Assembly: GCA_017654855.1 (NCBI GenBank)
Contig: CM030336.1
Span: forward strand, 1,550,001 to 1,614,000
Direction: 5' to 3'
Source of the DNA: Podospora anserina
Lineage: Eukaryota
DNA: 64,000 bases
The position numbers and the translations under genes are program-made. Below are positions 21,479-34,313 of the stretch, one piece after another (position 1 is the first letter of the stretch; each line of letters opens with the position of its first letter). Below the pieces are notes generated by a model, which was not told the origin of the DNA, made no database searches, and worked only from the letters and a program-made list of their open reading frames with translations.

Positions 21479-22768
21479 TTACTCCCTCCGATCATAATCC
21501 TCATACCCCCCCGCCCCCCTCAAAATCCACCCATCCCCCTCCCTCTCCCCCTTAGCATTCTCCCCACCCCAAATCACCACCCCCCTCCCCCCCGAACACG
21601 CCCCAAACCCAAACCTCCCCCTCGGTCCTGGGTGCACCTTCCCCTGGCTCTCCATCTGCTCCATAGCCACCAACTCCACCTCCGCCCACGTCAGTTCCCC
21701 ACTGCTCATCTTTGGAAGCTTCTCTCTCACATAATCCTTCACCTTTGCCCCCGTGAACCCCCTTGATGGGAGCTGCAACGTCCAGATATCCGCTTGGAAA
21801 GCCAGTGACTCATCGACAGGAAGGCCGAACATATAGACAAGATACTCCCTCCCATAACCGGTCGTTATCGGAACCAGCGCACCACCAACCCGTGGCTGTG
21901 GGCGGGGAGAGGGAGCGGTGAATGAATGCGTTTCCCAGGGGAGGGGTTTTTCCCTGTCTGTGGCGTTGTTGTAGAGATACAATGACAGCAACTCCACTGT
22001 GTTGGGGTCAGAGGGGGATTTAGCCAGGACGTAAAGCGTGTTCCCTGCGTAGGCTCTCGCGTCTAGCAGCTCGACCGAAGAAGGAAGGTCAGGCAGTGTC
22101 GTCCAGACTGCCTGGTTCAGGTCGTAAAACCAAACCTCGCGTTTCGTTTCGTCGTTGCTACCGCCGACGGAGACGAGAAAACCTTGCTTGTCGTCGATGA
22201 ACAGGGAGTGACCAGAGCGAGGAGCCATGTTCTTGTATAGCTGAGTTGCACCCCGGAGTTTTGTCCATGCCAGGGTCTCCGAGTCCCACTCCCAGATGAC
22301 GTTCCCTTCATCAATGGGATTTCCAGAGGCGTCTTCACCTCCGTGGATCAAGACGTAGCGGTTGCCCCTGGCGCAGGCGGCGTGGTTTTTGCGTGCGGAG
22401 GGGACGTTGAGTTCCCCTGTGGAGATGTCCTTTGTTGGGAAAGCGGGATAGTCTGCTAGGGAGGTGGATTTGGAAGTCAAGGGGTCGGCTTGGGATTTTT
22501 CTTGGGGAAGGGAGATGGCGTGCACTGTGGGAGAGCAGAGGTGGCCGGAGGCATCGATGCCACCGAAGAGGTAGGCTTTGTCGTCGATGACTGTAAGAGA
22601 ATGATTGGAGCGAGCTATGTTGCCGTCATCGCCTTCGGGCTTGTCAAGCTGGGCGAGGGCTACTTTGAGGGGGGCGGTAGGAGCTGCGATGGCGACTGCT
22701 GCTGCGGCTTCGACGCCTGTCATGATGACTTGCTCGGCCGCGATGGCTGCTGCTACGACGCCGGCCAT
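21479..22768 (-). CDS. Kelch-repeat / galactose-oxidase beta-propeller protein, 429 aa
   Basis: Repeated RxxH..x.GG...W motifs: ARSNHSL..AYLFGG, ARKNHAA..LIHGG..WEWD..W, PRSGHSL..VGG..WFYD..W, PRVGGAL..MFG..W. Confidence 0.85.
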   Translation of the reverse strand: MAGVVAAAIAAEQVIMTGVEAAAAVAIAAPTAPLKVALAQLDKPEGDDGNIARSNHSLTVIDDKAYLFGGIDASGHLCSPTVHAISLPQEKSQADPLTSKSTSLADYPAFPTKDISTGELNVPSARKNHAACARGNRYVLIHGGEDASGNPIDEGNVIWEWDSETLAWTKLRGATQLYKNMAPRSGHSLFIDDKQGFLVSVGGSNDETKREVWFYDLNQAVWTTLPDLPSSVELLDARAYAGNTLYVLAKSPSDPNTVELLSLYLYNNATDREKPLPWETHSFTAPSPRPQPRVGGALVPITTGYGREYLVYMFGLPVDESLAFQADIWTLQLPSRGFTGAKVKDYVREKLPKMSSGELTWAEVELVAMEQMESQGKVHPGPRGRFGFGACSGGRGVVIWGGENAKGEREGDGWILRGAGGYEDYDRRE

Positions 22769-23052
22769 GCTTATCGTTGGTCAATTGGAAGGTAGCCTAG
22801 GTATAGCTGAGTGGAAAAGAGATGACTTGCGAATACAGTGATGTGTTTTGAACAGGTGAGATATGCTAGGGGACGTCGAAAGACCGAGTGTTTGGGAAGC
22901 TGAGGTTGGACAATGACGTAGGTGTGGGGCGGGGACCTTGCTGGCCGCAAAACGTTCCTGAATGACACACCGGGTGGTCCCTGCACCTTCGACCCATCAG
23001 CATCATCTCACATCCAAAAGATCGCGCCCTGATAGACACGTGGCTGCGTTCA

Positions 23053-26000
23053 TCAGCGCACCTCCCTAACTCGCCCCTTTCGTTCAACCCCAGAATCAGC
23101 GACAAAGTAGTCAACAACCAGCCTCCCACCCTCACCTCTTACCACCTCGCCCGCCCTCTTAACCGCTCCCAAATCATACAACCTCCCCATCTCACTCACC
23201 AACCGATCCCTCTCCTTCCTCCCCAACACCCCCATCCCCTCAAAATCACTCAACATCTCAGACTCGGCGAGGTAGTACATACACCCGACCATCGTATCGG
23301 TTTTCACCGGCAAACAACACCGCGGCTGCTTCCACCCAAGATACACCATCACCACAAGCACAATCACCATATAGCTTAGTACTGCAGCAGCCAACCACGT
23401 ACACGCCTCATGCATCTTCCAGGTAACGGTATTCCGAAACGGGATGCTGGAGAACAAAATCGGTGTGAACTTTGCCAGCAGGGCGGCAAGGGCGATGTTG
23501 AAGAAGAGGACATCTCTTGAGCGGGCGAACTGCCAGAGACCAGTGAAGATGTTGGAAGGAGGGGACAGGAGGATGGAGGTCCGGGCTAGTTGGGGGGCGG
23601 TGGAGAGGCGGTGGTGGATGCAGGAGTGGGATACTTCTAATGACGGCGGTTAGAATGTGTCTTTGATGGCAGACGGGGAAGGTGTGGACTAACGAGAGAA
23701 GAAGTAATCCCAGCATCCGCTGACAATGGTGCCGAAGGAGGTGAACAGAATCCGGACACCGAAGGATTGGCTGTCCATGAACCGTTCGAAGGGCGTGTCG
23801 AGGATGGTGTTTTCGTAATAGAGGATGAGGATCAGGAGGCCGATGACGAAGATTAGAGTCGTTGCCCGGGCGAGAAACTCTTTTGTGGTTGGTTTCATGT
23901 GCCAGAATCTCTTCTTTGGTGTGGAAGACACAGGTGTGCGGGTTGGGGGTTCTTTTGTCGTGGGTTGTATCGGCGAGTCGTCCTCCATCGCCGGACAGAC
24001 TTCAATCCCATATTCTGAATCATCATCTCCCAGGAACCCCAAACGGTACCGCCTCCCTGTCAAAACACTGGCAATCTGATCATCCCTTAGATATCCTCCT
24101 TCAGTACACCCGGGCAACGACCGCACCAACCCCCTCACTTCAGCATCGGACAATAGCCCAGCCATGGAAGCAATACTCCACGGCTCTGTAGCAACCCGAC
24201 TCTTCCACCGTGAGAGCAGAACCCCGATCGCGATAACAAGCACAGAAATAGCCACCAACACACCCTCCGCGGCTCGCATGGGAATTCCAGCCTTTCTCAA
24301 CCCAAAGGCACATACCCGACTGAAGACCTTGCAGTTGATCGAGGTGAATTCCAGACGGATTGTCTCGGCCGATAGAGGGATAAGAATGGTGGATAGGAGT
24401 CCAAGGAGCACGTTGAGAAATGGGAGGGGATCTTTGAATCGGTGCAGGAATCTGCATGCTATCCATGGTGCTAGCCAGCTATTGGAGGGCAAATGGAGGG
24501 AGTCTTCTGGCAGTGTTCCGGCTTCATGACCTAGTGCCCTGAAGGGAAGCATTGAATTGAGGGAACTGACTGCGATCTGGACGGGGATGCCTAGGAGTGT
24601 TGCCAGCAGGACTGGAATGAGGGAGGCCATGAGGTAGTCGGTTTCTGAGCGGAGGTTGAAGAAGTTTCCTCGGACTTCTGGGGGAATTGGGCCTATAGGT
24701 GGGTTTGGTGGGATGGGAGGTGGTTGAGAGGTGTCGGTGCTGGTTGAAGAGGCATCAGAGGTGAGTGTTGAGGCTTCTTGCGAGGTGGTGTTTAGTGTGG
24801 TAGGTTCATTGGTGCTGTTGATCTCCTTCTTAGTGGTATGCTCTTCCTGGATCAATAGTAAATGACTTAAGGGGTGTGCGGTAGGATCTTTGGCTGAGAT
24901 TGCGGACGAAACCGAGCCAATGTTGAGGTCAAACGCTGTCCTGGAATCTTGTTTTGGAATCTGAGAAATGCTAGTTTCAGCTGAGACCATAGGTGTGGTC
25001 TCCAGAGCAGAGTCAAAGGTAACGCTGCTGGCTCGAACAATCGCGGCGCTAACTTCGTCATGATGGAGAATATCTCCGTACTTTGTGAGAATGGTCATTG
25101 GCAACTTGGATAGGGAGTTATCTGGTTCAGACACGGCGCTGCTTACAAAGACCAGAGGAGGCAAGTTCGTTCCACTAGAATGGCCCTGTTCGCCTTGTAG
25201 ACTGCTGGCGGTGAAAAATAATTGGGGAATGGATAAGGAGTAACCGCTACTGACTGAGGCAGTTGTCTCAGACTGAGGAGCAAGTGGCGTTGAATCGAAT
25301 CGTGCTGGAGTTACACTACCGGTAGATGTGACTTCACCCTTTGTTGAAGAGATAGTGACTGGCCCCTGAATCTCCGTTTCTGATGACGCGGACTGCGTTG
25401 ATTTGTTTTTGGTGTTTTCTGTCCTCGATATCGGCTTTGCATCAGGACCACGACCACTCGTGGGCCCTGGAGATGGTGTCACAGTCTCAGTAGTGGTCAT
25501 GACGTTGAGGGTTGTTTTCGAGGGCTCTTCCTGCTCTGTGATGGCGCCAGAGGGCTTGGGCTCGTTGCTGTGGGTTTGTATATCGTTTGAGGTGTCTATA
25601 CCCAGGCTGGCATAGACCGGGATGGCACTGTGCGATTGTGTCTCTGATATGTCGGAGGTCACTGGCTTGCCAAACGGGAGGGTCCACCAGACAGTCGCGT
25701 AACTTGACGGTGACCCCGTACAAGTCCCCAGAGGATCCTGATACCACCAAACCTCCATCATATCCGTGCTGCATGGGGTGACCCCATCTGAAATTTCAGT
25801 GCTTAGCAGCGTGTCGGCCATCCAGCGGTAGTTCACTGGAAAAGACGCAATCTCGTCCCCTCCCACCTTATTGCCGAATACGTCCTGCTGCTCGAGCCTT
25901 GCTGTCCGTACTTCTAGCGGAAACATGATGTTGCTGTCCGAATCGGTGAGGGGATACCCCCAGAAGGCGCTATGTGATGACGGCGGTGTTGTCATAGGAT

Positions 26001-27312
26001 CCAAGGCGCGGTGTGAAAGGGCAATTCCATACATGCCTCTCTCCTTTCTGCTGGAGACCAGGTTCAGATCAGTCCGAAATTGATACCCTGACGGCCCTTT
26101 TGGACTCCAAGTGTGGACTTTGTAGTAGTTGAACGAGCAAATAGCATTCATCACCGACTTGCAGCCTTCGTCGTGGGTGTCCCACATTGGCAAGTCGGGC
26201 CAGCCCCAGGGCCAGTTTCCTTCGTACCCAGCACTCACCGTGCATGGACACCAAGAAGGGTCCGTGGTGGTGAACACTGGGATCAATTCTTCCAGGGCTA
26301 CATACCACTGGGAGAGAATGACGGTGTCCCAAAGGTTGTAGTATTGATACTCGGACATGTTCCAATACGGACGACCCCAGCCACAGAACGCAGTCACGGG
26401 CGGCTGAGGGAAAGGATAAAGGGTCTTGTCAGGTCTCGGGACCATTATCCTTAGTTTCGGGGTTGGCTCAGGACTGTCACGGGCGTCGACAGTTGGCTCC
26501 AGTCTGACTAGAGTGGCGGGAGTAGGTGCCACCAGTGGGCTTCGAGGAAGTGGTTTGGCTTCGATAGACAGTGTATTGAGTGAGAAGACAACCGTGCTTG
26601 TGGTGAGCAGGGCATCTCTTGACTCAGCAATTTCTTGCTGACCCATTTGAAGAGCCTTGTAGCGGAGGGGTGGTAGGTCGTGGATTTGATATTCCAGAAA
26701 CGCAAACATGCCAATAACAATGGCCAGGAGGAAGACCTGAAATGGCCATGTCAAAGCAATTGGCTTGTAGTTGGGGAGAGATCTCTCGGGTTGTGACTGG
26801 CCATCAGGACTAGAGGCAGAAGGGCTCTGATGCTGCTCATCAAGGGGAGAGATCGCAGGCGCTGGTAGATCTGGGGGTGCAGTAAGGTGATCTGTGCTCC
26901 CGGTTCCGCTATGTGGTCCTGTGAAATCCTGTAGCTCAATATCTTCTTCAGACACTTGCACTGGAGAACAGGCCTCAATGCTCTCACAGCTGTTATCGTT
27001 CTCGGACCCTGTAAGATTGACTTGCAGTTCTATATATGGGGTATGCGTGAGGCTGTTCCCGGTCACTGTCTCCTCGAGGAAAATGTTAGCTGTCTTGACG
27101 TGTTGGGTCTCGTCATCACTACTTGATATCGATCGAGCCTCAGTGATCTCCAATTCACATGTTGCAACCGAAGCCTCGTCGGCATCCGAAAGGTTCTCCA
27201 GTAGAAGGAGTACGTCTAGACTTCCCACGTGGGAAAGATGACGTGGGACATCCAGGCCAGTTGTTGCATATGGTTCATGGTGATCCGTGATCTTTGATCT
27301 AGGCTCAGACAT
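23053..27312 (-). CDS. Large DUF3433-like integral membrane protein with Ser/Thr-rich insert
   Basis: 1207-aa ORF plus intron 23637-23693 leading into the 23053 frame; PNYKPIALTWPF, SMLPFRAL, EPWSIASMAGLL, FMDSQSFGVRILFT, LPVKTDTMVGCMYYL motifs. Confidence 0.75.
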
Positions 27313-27951
27313 AACTGGTCAATTAATGTTGACTCTGGGCAATTGAGTAAAGGGTGTTAGTGATGACAGACTTGCCTCAGCAGAAGGAAGAGCAGTTGAT
27401 AAAAGGCCGAGATTTATATGGAGCTCAATGAAATCTGTGCCTTCACGCAATACACTCACAGCCGAAAAGTCCTTATCGAAATCTGATGTAGTACAGAATC
27501 TCTGGAGTTTGATACGCTCATTGTAGTCGTATTGCCACCCTGTGCCATGCGGATAAATAGCTGTTCATATGTTCGTTGCAGTGCTTTGGGGGCTGTAGCA
27601 AGTGCTGTTTTGCAACCCTCCAGCACTTGGTAGTATTTCTTTCGGTGAGTTAATCAGCACATTGCGGGCAGCGAAGAAATTGCTACCGACCTACCTGATA
27701 GGCGGGCTGGCCGTCATGAGATGCCCTCTTCCGTGCCGTGTCACCGGCATCTCGTGTGGCCAGACTGGATTGAGGGTACCGTGGCAATTACTGTTGACAG
27801 CCGACTTCCCATGTCATGACGGAAACACCCACCTTGCCAACCAAGGCCTGTTGTTTCCCAACAGACAACCAGCTGTCATCTACCCCGGCAAACAACTGAC
27901 GAAGCTTTCGAGCAAAAAAAGAGAAAAAAAAGAAAAAAACGCAAAAAGAAC

Positions 27952-28088
27952 TGGACGTACCAGGATTCGAACTTGGAATCTTCTCATGGAGCATACTTGT
28001 ACATTGGAACCCTTTCACCTGTCTTGTAACAGCTTCGAGGCAACGAACTTTTTGCGACTGAGATGCTTTACCACTGGGCTACACGCCC
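27952..28088 (-). tRNA. tRNA-Ala(CGC) with 65-nt intron, degenerate (possible pseudo-tRNA)
   Basis: GGGCGTG/TACGTCC acceptor stem with G3:U70, TCTCA/TGAGA anticodon stem with CGC, GTTCGAAT T-loop, downstream oligo-T; D-stem (GCCC/AAGC) and T-stem (CCAAG/CCTGG) contain mismatches. Confidence 0.75.
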
Positions 28089-29504
28089 TTGGTTTAGTGT
28101 TACCCTATCCTCCAGTTCTGCATCTTATAAGCTTGAACTCGACGACGGAAATTCCAACGGCCCGGCAGCCAGCTGCCGTATCATGCGCCAGCTGAGTTCC
28201 ATGTCTCTCGTGCTGGGTATGTGTCATCCCATCGCTCAGCGTTGCAGGTGCTGTCTGGAATTGCCGACTCAGAAAGTAGAGATCTCGTCAAAGGCCTACG
28301 AGAGTGGTCAGCAGAGTCCTCTACTCATCATGACACCACGCAAAAAGAGGCAAAAGGCACCTCGTATTTGTTGGTGGCCATCGTCCAACTGACTCGGTGT
28401 TGGGTTGCCTCAGTAACCAAGCAATTTGCTTGTTCTTCGGAACAGCAACTATGGATACGGACCAGTAACAAAGAGTTCATGGAAAGACAGAGTTCATCTC
28501 ACCGTTTCGCTCTTCTTCGAGTTCAAGATGAGTCGGTTGTCGTCGGCGAAGAAGGCGTGTTCTAAAAATTGCCCGGATGAGGCCCCACAAATTAAACGAT
28601 GTCAGGAAGGCTTGGTGGCTTGCCAAGCAAAGGAAACACCAGGGAATGCTTGTTGTCAGTGCCTAAACGCTAGCGCTTATTTATTTCTGGGGCATCTGTG
28701 CAGCGCTGGCATTATCACCGTCGGGATTTTCAGTGCTGTTCTGACAAGACCCTGAAAGCATTTCGCTTCAAATCCTTTGACACGGAAGAAAAAAGTGGTT
28801 GAGACGATGGATGCGCGCCGCAGGAGGTCTCTGCCCTATCGAATGGTCCGCCCGCCAGGGAGTGTGGTCTTTTGGCTTGTGCGTGACGTAGCACAGCATT
28901 GCTTCTGGACTCCCAGGTTGTTCATCATCGGGATAGGGAGCTGAAACCCGCGTGGCTGCCCCCCGCCAGGGCATCACGGCTGCCAATGGCTCCCATTGCG
29001 AAGGATTTCTGATCTTCGACCATCACATCAGCCCTCCTCCCCGACGGAAAACTAAACACCTACAAGAAGCTTCACCGATCCATGATAACCAGCCACAGGG
29101 CTTCTGCTCACAGGCCTGTTGGATGACCTCAGATCGGAGTCTTGCCCAATTTATCCTAAGCTAAGCGTTTAAGGCACAGGCACCGTTTGACCCCGGGACC
29201 CTGAGCTGTGGATGCTTTTCGGGCTGAGTTCGCCCCAGCTGTGTGGCTGAAGCAGCCGCTGGCTGATTGCCATTGGCCATCTCTGACGACACTCCCCGTT
29301 TGGGGAAGATGACCCAACAGGGGTCCGACAGGGGTTGGGACTTTTTGCATCACTGCCACACCTGCCCGCATTTAACAATCGTGGAACTCGCACTTTTGCA
29401 ACTGGCTGGATTTCCAGTGTCAACTCTCCAGCAACCTTACCCCATATCGAGATCGCTCGATCACGACGGGCGACAACGACGACGACGACAACGGTCTCGC
29501 AATC

Positions 29505-30324
29505 ATGAGCAAACAGTACATCATCGGCGACTCGTCGCCATTCCTCAAGCGGGTGCTCATCCCCTTCTGGATCATCCGCATCTTGATCATGCTTATCCAG
29601 ATTGGTGTCTACGCCCTCCTCGTTGCCGGCTTGGGGGTGTACAAGGATGACGCAAGGCGGATTATTGACGAGTACAACACCCACCTCACATACGAAGCCA
29701 TCATGGCCACCTCGGTCATCATCATGGTCATCATCCTCGTCTGTCTGATCTTCGATCTCGTCAGCATCATCAAGCGCGCCAGACGCACCTTGGGCCCCAA
29801 GTTTTTCTTCTTCACCAACATCTTCCAGACACTGTTCTACGTCGTCAGCTTCATTCTTTCCATGATTGGCGCCAGGCCAAGCGCTCTGTACGCCGTTATC
29901 AACGTTATTATCCTGTAGGCTATTTCCCACTTGTCCATCTCTTCCCACAGTCGCTAACCGCTGTCGTTCCAGGCTCTCCTTCCTCGGTCTTCTTGTCTAT
30001 GCTTCCATCATCTTCCACCAATACCGCAAGGGCTCTCTCGGTGACGGCTCCGGTGGCAACCGCGGCACCTACGTGCCCGCTAGCAACCCCGCCGCTGTTC
30101 CCTTCAACCAGACCGCTGGTGTTGACACGGCTTATGCCCCTCAAACTACTGGATACGGCCAAGACTATCCCCAAGAATACCAGAAGCCCGCCTTTTACGA
30201 CCACCAGGCGGCGAACCAGGCTGGGTATGCCGGTCAGGGTTACGAGCCCTACTCTGGACAGCCGCAGCAGGTCATCCAGCCCCCTCAGCAGGGGTATGAG
30301 ATGCAGGGTCGCCAGGCTGTTTAA
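29505..30324 (+). CDS. Four-TM (MARVEL-like) membrane protein with Q/Y/P/G-rich tail
   Basis: LKRVLIPFWIIRI start, four hydrophobic helices, intron 29915-29972 joins ORFs 29505.. and ..30324. Confidence 0.75.
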
Positions 30325-30975
30325 GCTGTCTACATGAAGGGGGATAACGGGGGTTTTTTTTTTTTTTGGTTCAGCGATTTGGCAACACAGGTGCTATTGG
30401 CGTAGGGATCTGGAATAGGATGGTATATACCGGGGCGTGCACATACATACACACTTTAGAAGCGTTGCGATATACCCATAATGATCAATGTTGAGTTTTT
30501 GCTATCTTTGTCTCGCAATTGCGGCGACGGCTGGTTACCTACTTAATGGGAGTTGGGCGTTGGTGCCAAGGGCTCGGCTGAGAGATTTATGCAGTGGCAA
30601 GACATGTCAAGACTTGATAGTGGGCACGTAATTGAGTTGGGACAGTTGTCACTGTGGCTGGTGATTTGGCCGTTTGATAACATTGAATTTGGGCAGTCAG
30701 GTCAGAGCGTAGTCCATTGAAGAATTGTTAGACAAATTGGCGAATTTGCGTGAGGCTATGATGTTGGCACCAGTCAGCGGCTCAGGGGTCACTCACCACT
30801 ATGGCGACAATGAAGTCATCGTCGCACCTTTCTGATAGCGTTTCCAACTAATTTCTTGGCCAGATTCTATTCAGTTGTCTTGAATCTCTGTAGAGCCTTC
30901 CCGTTCGTCTCTAAACAAGCATTGCTATCCCATGCATCTCTAGACAAAGCACTGCTACTGAAAACCACCACAGCC

Positions 30976-33012
30976 TCACAAATCACTATTCCTCGGCCAC
31001 TCCCCCCCCTCCGCCCGATACCCTCTCCCTTTATCCCTCCCACCACGATCCTCCTCCTCCACCCAGCTTACACTGCTATGTCCAGGGTGGACCCTACCCC
31101 CGACATGAACCCGACTCCCATCCCTCCCCTTCCCCTTATCCTTCCCCATCACAAAACCTGACACCGCTCCCCTTGCCGGCCCAAACCCAACCTCTCCACC
31201 ACCTACAACCCCAAACCTCACGCTTAACCCCCCCAGCTGAGAGGGTAAATGACTCTTTGCCCCATCAGCCCCAGCTTGCTCCCTCATCCAAGCTGTCTGG
31301 GAGCTTTTTGTCACCTCGGATACGGACATGCCTCTCATGACGGGGATTTGATATTTCTTGTGCATGACCACATCCCACAGTGCCATGAAGATAATAAAAA
31401 AGGTGTACAACAGTGGGGGGACAAGCAGCAAAAACGCTCGTTCGGTGCTGAGCTTTTTGGTCTCTATTGCTGAAACAAGCTTTTGCTGATGGGTTGGGGT
31501 TTGAGAGGGGGAGCTGCTGAAAAGGGATGTAGCCATTGCTGCTATGGAAAAGTGGAGGAAGGACTCAAGACCGGGGATAGTCCACTTGTTGGAGTCGAGG
31601 CGGGTGAGGGTGGAGTTGGAGAGTATTGCTTGGGTGACGAGGAGAGGGGAGGCGGTGAGCCAGAGGAGGGTGGAGGTTAGGTTGAGGTCCGAGAGGGAGG
31701 ACAATACTGGGCGAGTTGGGTTAGGGGGCGCGGGGCCAATGGTTAGGACATCGTCGTTGACGGAGAGGAGAACTGAGCAGCTGATTGCTGAGACGGATTT
31801 GATGTTGCCTAGGGTGAGGTTGGTTGTTTGGCCGCCGGAGATGGTGCCGTTTATGGCGGCGAGGATGATTGTTGTGTTGATTATGTTGGTCGAGTGGAAG
31901 TTGACGTCGTCGAGGAAGACCGTGAGGTGAGGTTGGGGGGTGAACCATACTTCCCCGGAGGGCTTGTGGCGGCTGCTGGAGAGGTTGGTTGTTGTTTTGA
32001 AGGCGTTAATGGGGGCATTGTTCCTGTGGAGTTGTTGCAGCTGCTGGCCGTGGCAGGTGATGTTTGTGTCGAGGTGGACGGCTTTTGCGGTGAAACTACC
32101 TCTGGTGGCAAGGATTGACCTGTCAAAGAGCCAGTTTCTGAAGGATGGTAGTGGTTCAGATGCTGGGTTATTGGCGTAGGTGTTGTATGCTGATAGTGCT
32201 GGGATGAAGGCTGGTGAGGGTGGGTTGGTCTGTGTGAAGGGTCTGTCCAAAACAGAAGATGCGGACGAGCTGATGTTGCTTGATATCGTCACCGCCTCCA
32301 GAATGGGCGTGCATGCATACCCTACAAGCGGAGGGGCAGCCAGGGGAAGCAGGATCGCAAGCAAAGATACCACAAAGACCACAGCCGCAGACAGAGAGCG
32401 TATCCCTGTGGCGGCTTGAGGTAGCGACATGATATTGCCATGGTTAAGAGCCAGGAAACCCCCTAGGGCCGAGATGGTGAGTGTTTGAGTGTGTAACAGA
32501 GGCCATAACGCTGCTTCGCAGAGTGCTTGACAAACATATGCAAAGGCAGATAGACCGATGAGATAGACTGCTGTGATAATCCCTTGTATCGCACCCAGAT
32601 TTTCTGCCGTCCAAAGATCAAGCGAACGGCAATCATTCGCCCAAGCTGGACATTGCAACAGCTGCTTGCTTGCTGCCACGGTGTAGGCAATGGCCACAGC
32701 CACCGAGATAATACCAGCAATTAGTGCAACAACAAGAGAGAGCTGCTTTCCTATGAATGACAAGATTCCCAACCGTCTGGGGGCGGGATCAGTGGCGCCG
32801 AGAACAAAGTTGTGATCAGATGCTAGTCGGCGAACCTCCCTTGGAGTTGGGAATGCCGCCATGTTGGTGGTGTTTGCACTGTTGCCGTGGTGGTCCTCTG
32901 CTGCGGGTAAGCCGAGATTGAGATGAGGAAGAGTATGCTGCGAGCTGAATTCCTCGCGAAAAATGGACCTGCGGGATGGTGCTAGCGATGGAGGTTTCGG
33001 TGAATGAGACAT
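30976..33012 (-). CDS. Hypothetical fungal membrane protein (N-terminal TMs, lumenal domain, C-terminal TM)
   Basis: Long ORF; likely ATG 33012 (MSHSPKPPS); three N-terminal hydrophobic segments, many NxS/T sites, C-terminal TM LLLVPPLLYTFFIIFMALW. Confidence 0.7.
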   Translation of the reverse strand: MSHSPKPPSLAPSRRSIFREEFSSQHTLPHLNLGLPAAEDHHGNSANTTNMAAFPTPREVRRLASDHNFVLGATDPAPRRLGILSFIGKQLSLVVALIAGIISVAVAIAYTVAASKQLLQCPAWANDCRSLDLWTAENLGAIQGIITAVYLIGLSAFAYVCQALCEAALWPLLHTQTLTISALGGFLALNHGNIMSLPQAATGIRSLSAAVVFVVSLLAILLPLAAPPLVGYACTPILEAVTISSNISSSASSVLDRPFTQTNPPSPAFIPALSAYNTYANNPASEPLPSFRNWLFDRSILATRGSFTAKAVHLDTNITCHGQQLQQLHRNNAPINAFKTTTNLSSSRHKPSGEVWFTPQPHLTVFLDDVNFHSTNIINTTIILAAINGTISGGQTTNLTLGNIKSVSAISCSVLLSVNDDVLTIGPAPPNPTRPVLSSLSDLNLTSTLLWLTASPLLVTQAILSNSTLTRLDSNKWTIPGLESFLHFSIAAMATSLFSSSPSQTPTHQQKLVSAIETKKLSTERAFLLLVPPLLYTFFIIFMALWDVVMHKKYQIPVMRGMSVSEVTKSSQTAWMREQAGADGAKSHLPSQLGGLSVRFGVVGGGEVGFGPARGAVSGFVMGKDKGKGRDGSRVHVGGRVHPGHSSVSWVEEEDRGGRDKGRGYRAEGGEWPRNSDL

Positions 33013-34042
33013 AGCAGAGATGAGGTCAACGCTGGGAAACTTGAAGAAAAGAAATATGAAGGGCAAAAGCAGTCTCAGAGAACATGAAGTTGAGAGGAAC
33101 TGGGCATAGAAGTGCAACAACTGGAGACACGCACTTCCAACCATTGCCAGTATCTGAAGCCTGTGGTGGGCGGTCAAACTGACCAATGGTAGCCAAACAC
33201 TGGGATTCATCAACGGACCAGTGAGAGACTGACAACACCTAGGGACAGCACGTTGATAACTACCCAGCCTAGTCTCTTGAAAATCTTATGATTCCCCGTT
33301 TACACCGAGTAATTGTATAGCCTGCATGCATAGCTGTTCATAACCAGAGCACTCTCAGCCTTTGCACAACATCGAAGGAATAAAAGCCGACTGTGGTCGA
33401 GATTGCTGTCGTTCTGTGGTAGCACCTCGGTTGAGTAAGCCACCAATTTGATCTTCTGGTTGAGTCAGCCTGGCATGTCCCACTGGGGTAGTCCTGTCCC
33501 TATCTATGTCGAAGACAACGCTTAAAGGGAAACACTCAAAAATGGGCAATAAACTGTAAACATTTGCGGGAAAAGGGTGCATAGTTACAGACCTGACTCC
33601 TTGGTTCCTGTTCCCACCACATTCCTTCCAAAGGTCCTATCCATCCTCGCCGTCAAGCTCGACCTTTGAAGCTCATTCAGGGATGGGACGAGACGTTAAG
33701 GAACGGCATAGAACACCCTCGGATGCCTGGGCAAACTTCCCATCATTTTCTGCAAAATACATTAACAAAACTTGACTATTGCAGGTCTTGGTGAGATATT
33801 GCGAAGGGGGATGGATGTCTGAATATGTGGGTACATAAAGCCACCTCAATTACCCCTGAGACCTTCTGCATTCTCATTCTGACTTGTCATGTGAGCACCG
33901 ACCCCTCATTTCTCGCATAATACACATCAGAAGTAAAATAGTACGCACAAGCTCTCCATAACGCAATATAGCGGGGCACGCATGGAAACGCATTAGGTGC
34001 ATTTCATTCTCGATTGTAAATGGATTGCCAAGTCGACTTGTC

Positions 34043-34153
34043 CCTCATCAGTGAGGAACAAAGGGATTGGGCACCGTGCTCCTCATTCATGAGGACCAAA
34101 GCTTTGGGCACCTGTTCCTCAACCATGAGGACCAAGGGTGTTAGGCACCGTGG
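34043..34153. repeat. Three degenerate 36-38-bp tandem repeats, each with a CCTCA-N4-TGAGG palindrome
   Basis: Units start 34043, 34081 and 34117: cctca-n4-tgagga(a/c)caa..ggcacc. Confidence 0.7.
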
Positions 34154-34313
34154 AAGACAGCGTACAAGGACGAAGATGCTGATTGAGGTAGTTATCTAGC
34201 TGCTGCCAGGTGTCAGTGTCTTAGTGGCTTGGATTTGGGCCATTCAGGGGCCTACCAGATGGTCGTTTGACGTATGATCTTATTGGCTTGTATTTGTCGA
34301 TTGGACCCTTCGC

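Noticed and set aside
27602-28195. 197-aa ORF
   Set aside because: Runs antisense through the tRNA gene and its oligo-T terminator; no protein features.
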